Assembly (NCBI GenBank): GCA_963807275.1
Contig: CAWDZX010000001.1
Span: forward strand, 1,614,724-1,678,723
Length of the DNA: 64,000 nucleotides
Reading direction: 5' to 3'
DNA from: an uncultured Solirubrobacteraceae bacterium
GTDB lineage: Bacteria; Actinomycetota; Thermoleophilia; Solirubrobacterales; Solirubrobacteraceae
In this document: positions 9,148-18,065 of the stretch, in pieces
How the letters are laid out: every line of letters starts with the position of its first letter
Position numbering within the stretch: position 1 is the first letter of the stretch
Made by a program: the position numbers and the translations under genes
The notes under the pieces: model-generated
Databases searched by the model: none
Seen by the model: the letters and a program-made list of their open reading frames with translations, nothing else
What the model was told of the DNA's origin: nothing

Positions 9148-10320
9148 TCAGAGGCCCGGCGGATGGCGCACCGACCAGTGTGCCCAGGCCGGAATCCGAT
9201 CGAGGATGCGCCAGCGTGGGCCGTCCTCGTTGCGATTCGGACCTGTGTCCGTGCCGTTGTGGCTCGTGTCGAGCCGAAGTCCCGCGATCGTCATGAAAGT
9301 GTGATCCGCCGGGGTCGTGGTCGAGTAGATCGTCACCCACCGGCCCGGCCCCGGAAGGCCCCAGTGGAGATAGTCCTGCGCGAGTGGATTCTCGTTCACT
9401 ATTTCACCTATCGACCGGACGCCCGACCTGTAGAGCACGTAGTTGACAGTGCTCGAGCAATCCTCCTCCAGCGCGCCGCGCGGATCGGGATGACCGTCGG
9501 GTCCGTAAGGCAAACCTTGCAGCTCGTCTCCAGCCACGAGCATCGCCTGTACGACGGCCGGCACGCCGGCCGGGATCAGCGCCTGATGGCCGTCGCTCGG
9601 CGATAGCGACGCACGCGTCCCGGCGATGAACCGGACCGTCGTCGAGGTCAGCGCCGCCAGGCGCTCGTCGGCTCCCTCGGCTGCACCGCCCGGCTGGACA
9701 TAGCCGTCAACGAGCGAGACACCCGACGCGTCCGAGAGCGTCGATCCTCGATACCTGGCCGCCCAGCGCTCGACCTCGGCGACATACCAACCGGCATGGT
9801 TGTAGGCGAAGATCGCGCTTCGGTAGTTCCTCGGTGCTCCGGACCGATGCAGGTAGTTCGCCGCCGCGTAGATCGCATCCGCCGCATCCCAGCGATCGAG
9901 CTTGCCATCGCCATCTCCGTCTACCCCGTACTGAGCCCATGTCTGCGCGACGAACTGCATCGGCCCACCGGCGCCCGCCGAGTTCGTCGCGCCCTCGTGC
10001 CCGCAGGCCGGGTCGGCGTCGCGGCCGTGATCGCACTCGACCTTGCCGATGCCGGCGAGGATCGCCCAGTCCAACCCGTAGCGCGCAGCTGCTTGCTCAT
10101 ACAAGTCGAGATATACGCCAGGTATCTCCCTGCGAGCGAGCGCCGACGGTTCGGCGCTCGCCTCGCCCGTCGTCTGCTCATCGGCGCCTTCGAGGCTCGC
10201 GCCCGTGAATGCCGCCACGGCGAGCAGCCCCGCCAAGACGAGCAGCGTCGCCGCGGATCCTGCGATCTTCGCCGCACTGCCGATCCGGGCGCGAGGCGCC
10301 GCGAGCGAGCCTGCACTCAC
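9148..10320 (-). CDS. Bifunctional peptidoglycan hydrolase: lytic transglycosylase (SLT) plus NlpC/P60-like domain (VirB1/CwlT/Orf14 analogue)
   Basis: N-terminal TM anchor; WAILAGIGKVECDHG...AGAGGPMQF...TW...AIYAAANYL SLT motif; C-terminal EDCSSTVNYVL...HTFMTIAGLRLDT Cys-His dyad. GTGA overlap with the upstream gene. Confidence 0.85.
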   Translation of the reverse strand: MSAGSLAAPRARIGSAAKIAGSAATLLVLAGLLAVAAFTGASLEGADEQTTGEASAEPSALARREIPGVYLDLYEQAAARYGLDWAILAGIGKVECDHGRDADPACGHEGATNSAGAGGPMQFVAQTWAQYGVDGDGDGKLDRWDAADAIYAAANYLHRSGAPRNYRSAIFAYNHAGWYVAEVERWAARYRGSTLSDASGVSLVDGYVQPGGAAEGADERLAALTSTTVRFIAGTRASLSPSDGHQALIPAGVPAVVQAMLVAGDELQGLPYGPDGHPDPRGALEEDCSSTVNYVLYRSGVRSIGEIVNENPLAQDYLHWGLPGPGRWVTIYSTTTPADHTFMTIAGLRLDTSHNGTDTGPNRNEDGPRWRILDRIPAWAHWSVRHPPGL

Positions 10321-12989
10321 GGCAGGCCTTCGCCGAGCTGTCGTTTGCGTTTGGCCGCGACCTCGCGTGCATCTCTCATCACGATTGATTCCGACGGCCG
10401 CCGAGGACCGGGACGGTGCTCGTGCTCGTCACGGCCACGCGATCGAGCTGGCGCGTTCCCCGGCTCACGCTCGGTCCCGTGCGCATCGACCGCCGAGAGC
10501 CCACTGCGAAAGACCGTGGCCTGCTCGCTGCGCAACGCCAGCTCGCGGTCGATCTGCGTCCGCGCAGTTCGCGCCTCCTGGGGGTCGAGCCTTTCGTACT
10601 CGCGGCGTCCGTAGCCCGCAAGACCGGCGAGCGCCGCGTAGCTCCGTAGCGGCCCCGCGCGTTCCCGCTCGCCGTCGCTCGCCGGCAGTTGCGCCTGTGC
10701 ATCGAGAAAGCGCTCGAGCCGCTGCCGTGCCGCCGCTGGAGCGGACCCGAGATCGCGAGGCCGATCGGCGTCGGCGCGCGCATGCTCGTCCTCGCGACGC
10801 TCCAGGCCTTCAGAGCGTGTCGTGCCGTTCTCTTCGATGCGCTGGACTCGCCCTGCCAGACTCGCAGCGCGGCGAACGTTGCCAACCGCAAGCGCACGCG
10901 CACGCTGGCTTCTCAGCGACTCGAGCCGACCCGCAACCGCCGCCGGACGAGTGGCTTCGTTCGCCGGCTCTGGAGCAAACCCGCGTGCCGAGCGCAATCC
11001 GGCGGGCGTCATCCGTGCGAGCCTGCCTTTCAGCTCGGCACCCGGGGACTCGAGTCCCGGAGCGCGCCGATTCCGGCGGCCGTGACCGGACCCGCCTCGA
11101 CTGCGAAGCTCCGGCGTGTCTTTCGCGAGCCGCTTCCTCGCCGCCTGCGCGCCGTCTAGCACTTTCCTGCGCGCCGCGAACACGTCGTTCGCCTGCCTCG
11201 CGATCGTGTGACGCCGGACAGACGGCTCCCGAGAGTGTCCGCCGCTCGCCAGCTGCAGCGCTTGATGTCGCTGCAGGAACGCACCCCACCAGAACGCGGA
11301 CATCAGCAGCCACTGCGTCCACCAACCGAGCGCTTCCAGATCGGCCAAGATCCCGAGGATCGCGAGGATCGCACCGAGCAGGAACGAGAACAGCAACTTC
11401 GAGACGACCGCTGCGAGCAGCTTTGCAGCCCACTTGCGAAAGACCGCCTGCCCTGCTTCGCCGAGCGCCGGAGCGAGCACGACCGCCGGCGCGAGCATCA
11501 GATAGAGCAAGCTGAAAAGCGCCGAAGTCAGCAGCCGCAGCGCGACGAAACCGAGCAGCAGCAGCATCCCCAGCGCACCCGCGACGATCAGCAGCAGCCC
11601 CCCGACCCTGGCCCACGTGCCGTGGTTCGTGCGGAACTCGGCCTGCGCCGCCGTTGGCCCGCGACAACTCGTCGCATCGTCGCTCTGGCAGATCGCTCGC
11701 AGCAGCGACTTCGGGTCGTTGATCGAGTTGCGCGCCGGCCCGTTTGCCGGGAGCGCGAGGAAGATCGCACCGTTCGTCTGCGCCGCCCGCAGCAAACGCG
11801 CGCTGTGCTCGAGCGCCTTCGCTTCAGCGCTTTCGGCTCGCGTGCATTGCGCAAGCGCCGAACCCCTCGGCTTGCAGTCGACTTCGGTCAGCTCGGCACT
11901 CGCGATCGCGAGTGCCGATGAGCGCAATGCCGGGTCGAGTCTCGCCGGGTTCCTGCACCAGCCGACATCGCCGAACTCCAGATAGCACCACGGAACTTCG
12001 ACGACTGCGGCAAAGACAGTCCCCATGCTGTCGGCGAGCGCCCGGTCGGCTTCCACGGGCGTCCCGCGCGCCGTCACCGCGAGCGTCCCGAGACTCGCCT
12101 GGTTGGCCCATGTCCCGAGCGCACCGATCGTGCCGGCCGGGTTGAGCATCACCCAGCTGCCCGCGGCAGTCATCGCCAGCGCGACGAGCGCCTGCCCGAG
12201 ACTCTCGGCCACGCGTCGCCGCACGAGCCCGTGATAGGCACACAGCACGGCGCCCACCGAAAGCACGCACGCGAGCCATGGGACGGTGAACGCGGCCTGC
12301 ATCTGGCGCAGGCCGGTGGCGAGCCCGAGCCTGACCGATCCGCTGTCGAGCAGGTCGATCGTGAAGCACCACTCGAGCATCACGACGAGCGCGTGCGCCG
12401 CCCAAACGAGCGCCATCCAGAGCGGCGTGACGAATAGATCCTGAACGGTCGAGAGCAGCTCACCCGAGCCGAACGGGACGAGCCCCGTGTCGATGTGCAC
12501 ATCGATGCCGAAGTTGCCCGTCGGTGCGGCCGCGGCGATGAAGCCGGACGTTTCGCAGTTCTGCTTGCTCGGAGCCGAGAGCTCGACGCTCGACGCGCGT
12601 CGAGCGCACAGCGGGCTGCCGAGCCCGTTGCTCACGAGCGGGTCCGTTTCGCCCTGCGGCAAAGCACCGGTGTCCGCTTCCTCCCCTCCCGCAGCCGGCC
12701 CGCCGGCACCTGTCAGGAGTGGTGCACTGCCAGGTGCCCTGTCCGCCCCAGAGCCCGAGGGTGCCGGTAACGCCGAAGCAGGCGCATCGGCGCGCCGTGT
12801 GGCGTTTGCCCGAGCACCGTCCCGCGCGATAGGTGCGCGCCCAGGCGACGGCGTGCCTGCTCGCGCTCGGTGCGCTGCGACGCTTGCGCCGCTCGCATGT
12901 GAGCACGCGAGCGCGAGCAGGCCGAGAGCCGTTGGCAGCACCAGCGCCGCGCGCATGCCATGGAGCACACTGCGAGACGTTCTGCTCAC
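10317..12989 (-). CDS. Polytopic membrane protein of the conjugation module (VirB6/ConG/Orf15-like)
   Basis: About 8 hydrophobic helices, Cys-rich extracytoplasmic loops and a long Arg-rich cytoplasmic tail; position between VirB4 and the hydrolase matches MPF_FA gene order. Confidence 0.7.
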   Translation of the reverse strand: MSRTSRSVLHGMRAALVLPTALGLLALACSHASGASVAAHRARAGTPSPGRAPIARDGARANATRRADAPASALPAPSGSGADRAPGSAPLLTGAGGPAAGGEEADTGALPQGETDPLVSNGLGSPLCARRASSVELSAPSKQNCETSGFIAAAAPTGNFGIDVHIDTGLVPFGSGELLSTVQDLFVTPLWMALVWAAHALVVMLEWCFTIDLLDSGSVRLGLATGLRQMQAAFTVPWLACVLSVGAVLCAYHGLVRRRVAESLGQALVALAMTAAGSWVMLNPAGTIGALGTWANQASLGTLAVTARGTPVEADRALADSMGTVFAAVVEVPWCYLEFGDVGWCRNPARLDPALRSSALAIASAELTEVDCKPRGSALAQCTRAESAEAKALEHSARLLRAAQTNGAIFLALPANGPARNSINDPKSLLRAICQSDDATSCRGPTAAQAEFRTNHGTWARVGGLLLIVAGALGMLLLLGFVALRLLTSALFSLLYLMLAPAVVLAPALGEAGQAVFRKWAAKLLAAVVSKLLFSFLLGAILAILGILADLEALGWWTQWLLMSAFWWGAFLQRHQALQLASGGHSREPSVRRHTIARQANDVFAARRKVLDGAQAARKRLAKDTPELRSRGGSGHGRRNRRAPGLESPGAELKGRLARMTPAGLRSARGFAPEPANEATRPAAVAGRLESLRSQRARALAVGNVRRAASLAGRVQRIEENGTTRSEGLERREDEHARADADRPRDLGSAPAAARQRLERFLDAQAQLPASDGERERAGPLRSYAALAGLAGYGRREYERLDPQEARTARTQIDRELALRSEQATVFRSGLSAVDAHGTEREPGNAPARSRGRDEHEHRPGPRRPSESIVMRDAREVAAKRKRQLGEGLP

Positions 12990-15439
12990 ACCCGGCGCGG
13001 TGACGTCGAGAGCGCCTGCAACAGCGAAGGCACTACGACGTCCACCTGGATCGCCTCGATGCGCCCGCGATGATCTCGGAACAGACAGCGCCCAGCCTCC
13101 AACTCGAGCAGGCTCTGTCGCAGACGGCCACTTTCGTGATCGAGCCCGAGCAACGCGAGCGCGCGGCCCGCCTCAGCCTCCGAGCGCATGCCGAAGACGA
13201 ACGTAGCGCCGAGCAGGTTCTCGAGCGACTCGCGCTCCCCCATCAACGTGTCTGTGACGAGCTGTGTGCTGATGATCGGCACCGCCAGCTCCGAGCGCCC
13301 CATGCGCTGCAACGACGCCAGCAGGCTGCGGCCGGCCGGGTCGCCGAGCAGTCGCCAGCCCTCGTCGAACGAGAACAGCTTCAGCCGCTCGCGCTCGGTG
13401 CTCATCAGGTGCATCGCGAACATCGCAATCAAGCGGACGATCTGCTCGCCGATCCGCTCCGCCTGCGAGTACTCGGCGCGTGAGGTGCCGGGCTCCGGGC
13501 CCGGCAGATCGCGGATCGGCAGGTACGTCACTTGCCGGTGCCCGACGGCCGGCAGCGAAACTGCCGGGTCGGCGAACCCGAGCTGCGTCAGCCCCGAGCG
13601 CGCGTACACCTCGAGCGCTCGGCCTACCTGCGCGTCGACCGCGTCTCCCTCGCACAGCGCTCGCACGACCTCCAGGCATGTCGGCGTCGCCGCCTTTGCG
13701 AGCACGCGGTCGACCGCCGCGATGACTGCCGTCTCCCAGGCCGGCTCCGCCCGAGCCGGCAACAGGTCACGCAGGAACGAGACGGCCACATCCTGGCGCA
13801 GATGCGCAGGAGCTACACGTAGCGGATCGAGCACGCCGCGCAGCGACGGGTCCGGGCGCAGCGTGACGCACTCGGCATGCGGCGCGACGTCGTCGAGCAG
13901 ATGGAAGCGGTGATCGCCCTTCGGATCGCAATCGATCACACGCGCCCCGAGCAGGAACCCCTCGTACTTGAGCTTTTGATCGAGCGTCGTCTTGCCCGAT
14001 CCGAGTGCGCCGACGCTGAGGATCGCCGTGTTTCGATCGCTGTCCGACCCCTCGCGGAGGTTGAACCTGACCGGTCGCTGCGAGCGCGTCAGCGTGTGAC
14101 CGAGGTAGAAGCCGCTGCGCGATCCGGCCTCGTGCGTAGCGGTCGGCATCATCGCCGCTATCTGCTCCACCGTCAGCGTGTCGTCATAGCCGATCACACG
14201 CGTGCGCTGGCCCGGGAGCTGCTGCAGGAAGAGCTCGAGCTGATCGCCGAGCGGCCGATGCAGGCGGATGTCGCCGTAAGCGCGCCTGCACATCTCGACA
14301 CGCCGCTCGAGCTCCTGCTCGCTGCTCGCTGCCACGGCGAGCGCCAGCGAGGCGCGCATCAGCGGTGGTCGGCTCGATGCCTGCAGGTACGTCAGCAGGT
14401 CGCGCGCTTCGTGCGTTCGCGCATAGCCGCGATCGGTTACGCCCTGCTCGCCATCGGACTCCGCGCGCACGATCTGATCGGCATCCTGGATGCGCCTTCG
14501 CGCAAGGCGCAGAGCGAGCTCGTTTGGCAAGAAGCGCGCGTTGAGCGACAGGTCGATCGCAAACGGAAGCTCTTCGGGCGGCGCGAACATGAGCTCCACA
14601 CGCGCGCCCGGGAACTCGCAGCGGTCGGGCAGCGCGCCAAGAACGAGGTGCGCCTGCCAGCTCGTGCCTTGCTCGGACTCGACCCGCAGTGAGCGCCGGC
14701 GGTGCTCGATATACGAGTTGCACCACCGCATCACATCGCCCTCGAGCGGCGCCAGCACGGCCTCGCCGTTGCGCTCGAACAACAGCGCGCGCGGCTCGTG
14801 CAGCCCGTCCACATGAGGCTCGGCAAGACCGCGGCAGAATGCGCGTCGCACGAGCCACTGAAGCTCGACGCCGCGCGCCTGGCGGACCGGCAGAAAGTCC
14901 GCCAGCCGCGCATGAGCTCGATCGGCACGCACGCGAGCGCGCTCCAGCTCCGATGCCTTCAGCAGACCGCTCGCGCGCAACGAGAAGGCAGCGCCCAGCG
15001 CCCGGCGCCAGTCTGCCGCTCCACGCTCTGCGAGCTTCGATACGTAGCCGGCGACATCGCGTTCGGGCTCGCGCAGGCTGACGAGCACGAACAGTGACGG
15101 TCGGGCCTCACCGAGAGCCGCCAGCCGCGCCGCGTGCTGTGCCACGTAAGTCCGCCGTGCCTGTGAATGGGGCTCGCTGAACGGGCTCGCGCTCGCCTCG
15201 GCTTCCAGCTCGCGCTCGTACTCCCCGTCGCCGAGCCCAGGAGCAGAGCCGACCCTCAGAATCTGCACATCGGCCTCGAGCGCCTCGAGTGCTCCTAGCA
15301 GCGCGAGCATTCGTGCGCGCTTTCCGTCCTCGCCAAGCCACTGATAGGAGGAGACCTCGATCACAAACGCCGCCCAAGCGTCGGCGTGATCCTCCGCGAA
15401 CACGCAGTTGCCGTACGTGAAGCTGATCGGAGCGCCCAT
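12986..15439 (-). CDS. virB4: VirB4-family conjugation ATPase (ConE/TcpF/Orf16-like)
   Basis: 817 aa; Walker A GALGSGKT, IDCDPKGD, Walker B KLFSFDEGW, RMGRSELAVPIISTQ, GRCLFRDHRGRIEAIQVD C-terminus. Confidence 0.9.
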   Translation of the reverse strand: MGAPISFTYGNCVFAEDHADAWAAFVIEVSSYQWLGEDGKRARMLALLGALEALEADVQILRVGSAPGLGDGEYERELEAEASASPFSEPHSQARRTYVAQHAARLAALGEARPSLFVLVSLREPERDVAGYVSKLAERGAADWRRALGAAFSLRASGLLKASELERARVRADRAHARLADFLPVRQARGVELQWLVRRAFCRGLAEPHVDGLHEPRALLFERNGEAVLAPLEGDVMRWCNSYIEHRRRSLRVESEQGTSWQAHLVLGALPDRCEFPGARVELMFAPPEELPFAIDLSLNARFLPNELALRLARRRIQDADQIVRAESDGEQGVTDRGYARTHEARDLLTYLQASSRPPLMRASLALAVAASSEQELERRVEMCRRAYGDIRLHRPLGDQLELFLQQLPGQRTRVIGYDDTLTVEQIAAMMPTATHEAGSRSGFYLGHTLTRSQRPVRFNLREGSDSDRNTAILSVGALGSGKTTLDQKLKYEGFLLGARVIDCDPKGDHRFHLLDDVAPHAECVTLRPDPSLRGVLDPLRVAPAHLRQDVAVSFLRDLLPARAEPAWETAVIAAVDRVLAKAATPTCLEVVRALCEGDAVDAQVGRALEVYARSGLTQLGFADPAVSLPAVGHRQVTYLPIRDLPGPEPGTSRAEYSQAERIGEQIVRLIAMFAMHLMSTERERLKLFSFDEGWRLLGDPAGRSLLASLQRMGRSELAVPIISTQLVTDTLMGERESLENLLGATFVFGMRSEAEAGRALALLGLDHESGRLRQSLLELEAGRCLFRDHRGRIEAIQVDVVVPSLLQALSTSPRRV

Positions 15440-15440
15440 C

Positions 15441-16052
15441 TCAGCCCACGCGCAGGCGCGTTGCGCGCTCCAGGACGACCACCTCGGCTCGCCCCGTCGC
15501 CGGCGCGTCCGGAATCGCGCTCACCCTCAGATGGGGACGCATACCGAGCCACACGAGCGGGCCGCGAGCGGCCCGTCGCTCGTGCGCGACCCCAGCCAGC
15601 ATTGCGCCCGGACCGGTGTAGTGCAGACGCCGGCCGCGCTCCGATCCGTCCGGGAGGATCAGCAAGGAGTCCGGATGCCAGCACTCGCCCGGTCGTGTCC
15701 CGGTCCTCGCGCGACCCGCAGCGGTCCCGAGTCGGGCGACTCTCCGCGGGCCGCAGCGAAAGCGCAGCAGTGCGCGGACGGCAAGATGAAACGGCCTGCC
15801 CTCGAGACGAACGACGGTCAGCAGCGCAGCGACGAGCGCAGGCAGTGCCACGTCGCGCGCGTACCAAGGCGCCGTTCTTGCCGCGATGCCCGCGACGGGC
15901 AAGTGCGATGTGACCACGGCACCGCCGAGCAGAACGAGGAAGTAGACGAGGCCGCGCAAAGGAACGCCACCCGGATTGAGGCGGATGCGATCGATCCGGT
16001 AGATCCTTCGCTCGAGGTCGAACACGTGCCGGTATGAGCGGATCTCCATCAC
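15441..16052 (-). CDS. tcpE: TcpE-family (VirB3-like) conjugation membrane protein
   Basis: IRSYRHVFDLERRIYRID...GVPLRGLVYF is the TcpE/Orf17 N-terminal signature; two TM helices; immediately upstream of virB4. Confidence 0.8.
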   Translation of the reverse strand: MMEIRSYRHVFDLERRIYRIDRIRLNPGGVPLRGLVYFLVLLGGAVVTSHLPVAGIAARTAPWYARDVALPALVAALLTVVRLEGRPFHLAVRALLRFRCGPRRVARLGTAAGRARTGTRPGECWHPDSLLILPDGSERGRRLHYTGPGAMLAGVAHERRAARGPLVWLGMRPHLRVSAIPDAPATGRAEVVVLERATRLRVG

Positions 16053-16459
16053 TGGCTCCCGAACAGCGAGGCGACCGTGTCACGCAGCAGGCTCACGCCG
16101 GCCGGCGTCGCCAGCAGCACCGACACGATCCCTACGGCGAACACGCCGGCTGCCTCCTTGAAGTCGCGCCGGAACGCGAGCACGGTCGCGGCGACGGCGA
16201 AGGCCAGCCCGATCAGGCTCATCGCGACGGCGCGTCCGGTGTTGCCTGCCTTCGATGCGGCCGCTTCGAGCGAGCTGACCGCGTTTTCGGAGGACGGCGC
16301 GCGTTCACCGCGGGCGGCGTGCGATGTCGGGCTCACCACGGCCGCCAGGGCGACCGAAGCGCCGGGGGCAAGCGCGACGACAACTGCCAGGAGCACTGCG
16401 AGCACGGCCGGCAACACCGATCGCCGCTGCGCGCAAGAACATCGAGCAGCCCGACTCAT
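16049..16459 (-). CDS. Small 2-3 TM conjugation protein (TcpD/ConC/Orf19-like)
   Basis: ATG at 16459 overlaps the TcpC stop (ATGA). AGNTGRAVAMSLIGLAFAVAATVLAFRRDFKEAAGVFAVGIV resembles the TcpD-type hairpin, and the position matches. Confidence 0.65.
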   Translation of the reverse strand: MSRAARCSCAQRRSVLPAVLAVLLAVVVALAPGASVALAAVVSPTSHAARGERAPSSENAVSSLEAAASKAGNTGRAVAMSLIGLAFAVAATVLAFRRDFKEAAGVFAVGIVSVLLATPAGVSLLRDTVASLFGSQ

Positions 16460-17292
16460 CCGCGCGAGTCCATCTGGATCGCCGAGATCTCCCAACGGCC
16501 CTCGACATCGGCGACGTCGAGTTCGTAGCCGAGCGTGTACCGCACGTTCCGAGCGTCGTGCGCCTGCACGATCGCGAGCACCGAGCGCCGATCGGTCGAC
16601 CAGGTCAGCCGCTGCATCGATTCCAGCGTCAGACCCAACTCCGGAACGGCGATCGGAGCGTGACTCGACAGGTCTGCCGCAAGCTCTTCGGGTGCCGCGG
16701 CGAGGTAGTTGCGAAGCCCGCGCTCGACGACTGCGGCCAGCGCCCGATCCTCTACATCGTCCGCCGGCGCAGGGCCCTGCGCCGGCCCGGATTGTGGCGC
16801 GCCGACGAATGCCGGGTAGCCGGCGAGCGCGAGGCTTCCGTCCTTCTCGCGCTCGACCTCGACGGTCAAGTAGAGAAGGCCGGCGGCGTCGGTCTGAGCG
16901 GCGACCGTGTAGACCCGCATCCCCGTGCGCTCCGTGCGAGCTTGAACGACTTCGGCCCAGAGCACGTGCTGCGCTCCGCTCGGCGGCAGCACGATTCCGG
17001 CGCCACCCGCGAACGCAGTGCCGATCATCGGGGCGAGCGACTGCGCGCTGAGCTGCGGCTGCGACGCATCCCAGGTCAAATAGCGGCGAGTGAAGAGCGT
17101 CGCGTAGCCTTCGGCCGCTGAATCGCTCGGCGGCGAGACGGGTGCGACGATCGCCTGCCGTCGGACCCGAGGAGGGTCCACGGCAAAGCGCGCGCTGGCA
17201 AGCAGGCCGGCGACGCATGTCGCATAGAGCAGATAGCGGGGCAAGCGCCGCGCCAACCGCAGCCGCCACATCGGACGCGCGGCGATCGCCAC
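16456..17292 (-). CDS. tcpC: Conjugative transposon protein TcpC (VirB8-like, two NTF2-like domains); start uncertain
   Basis: N-terminal TM, then YATLFTRRYLTWD...YTVAAQT...YLTVEV...LAGYPAFVG and a second repeat ending YTLGYEL...GRWEISAI. Confidence 0.8.
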   Translation of the reverse strand: MAIAARPMWRLRLARRLPRYLLYATCVAGLLASARFAVDPPRVRRQAIVAPVSPPSDSAAEGYATLFTRRYLTWDASQPQLSAQSLAPMIGTAFAGGAGIVLPPSGAQHVLWAEVVQARTERTGMRVYTVAAQTDAAGLLYLTVEVEREKDGSLALAGYPAFVGAPQSGPAQGPAPADDVEDRALAAVVERGLRNYLAAAPEELAADLSSHAPIAVPELGLTLESMQRLTWSTDRRSVLAIVQAHDARNVRYTLGYELDVADVEGRWEISAIQMDSRG

Positions 17293-17335
17293 AGTCGCGC
17301 TCCCTGGCCGGGCCGCTTCGGTGACTGCAGTTTGC

Positions 17336-17905
17336 TCAGCGCTCAAAGCCGAACTCCGCGGACCGCGGGCGCACCGAAGCCTCAGTCGAATTCGCCACCT
17401 CTGTGCGAGCGACCTCGTCGCGACCGGCCCGGGCTGCAGCAGGGCGACCCACTGCACCTTCGTCTCGCTGCAGTCGCTTTGGTGGCGCCTGGGACCCATC
17501 CGATCCCGCACGCCCGCGTTTGAGATCGGCCTGACGTCCGCCTCGCCGCGATTGACGCGCGAGCGCACGGGGAAGCCCCGGCCTGCTCAGCGATCGAGCG
17601 CTTGCGCTGGTTACACGAGCCGTCCCAGGGGCGACGCGCGACAGCGCGGTGCGTCGCCGCAAACCGCCTGCGTGCCGAGGCGCATCGAGTGCGAGGACGA
17701 CGACCACAGCGCCTGCCGCCCCGACCAGCATCGCCACACCCGCCGCCCGCCGCGCGCCGCGCATCCGCGGGCGGTCGAGCGAGTCTGTGCTTAGAGGGTC
17801 GCGCTCACCGACAACGGCGGGCTCGCCGCCGGCGAAGAAGCCGTCCTCGGCGAAGAGCTCGTTCGGCGAATAGACGCGGTAGCGCTCGCGTGTCGGAATG
17901 CGCAT
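17336..17905 (-). CDS. Hypothetical single-TM protein of the conjugation-like operon
   Basis: ORF with a charged N-terminus (RERYRVYSPNELF), one TM (AAGVAMLVGAAGAVVVVLAL) and C-terminal AEFGFER; co-oriented and adjacent to tcpC. Confidence 0.55.
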   Translation of the reverse strand: MRIPTRERYRVYSPNELFAEDGFFAGGEPAVVGERDPLSTDSLDRPRMRGARRAAGVAMLVGAAGAVVVVLALDAPRHAGGLRRRTALSRVAPGTARVTSASARSLSRPGLPRALARQSRRGGRQADLKRGRAGSDGSQAPPKRLQRDEGAVGRPAAARAGRDEVARTEVANSTEASVRPRSAEFGFER

Positions 17906-18065
17906 CGCTCAGCTCTCCGTTCGCGCCGCGTCGTCGCAGCCCCCAGCCACGCAAGCGGCCGAGAGCCGAGTTGGGAGAAACCCGGCCCCCGACCGCATGC
18001 GGGCGGATCGAGATCGCCGCGTCGTCGTTCGCTCAACCGACGGCCGGCGCCTCGTCAGGACGGGC

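Noticed and set aside
6921-9296. Very long ORFs opposite real genes (also 25690-27768, 40605-42863, 49912-51471, 54494-56746, 58964-61072)
   Set aside because: Antisense shadow frames expected at this GC content: Arg/Ala-rich, no motifs, and lying opposite well-supported genes.
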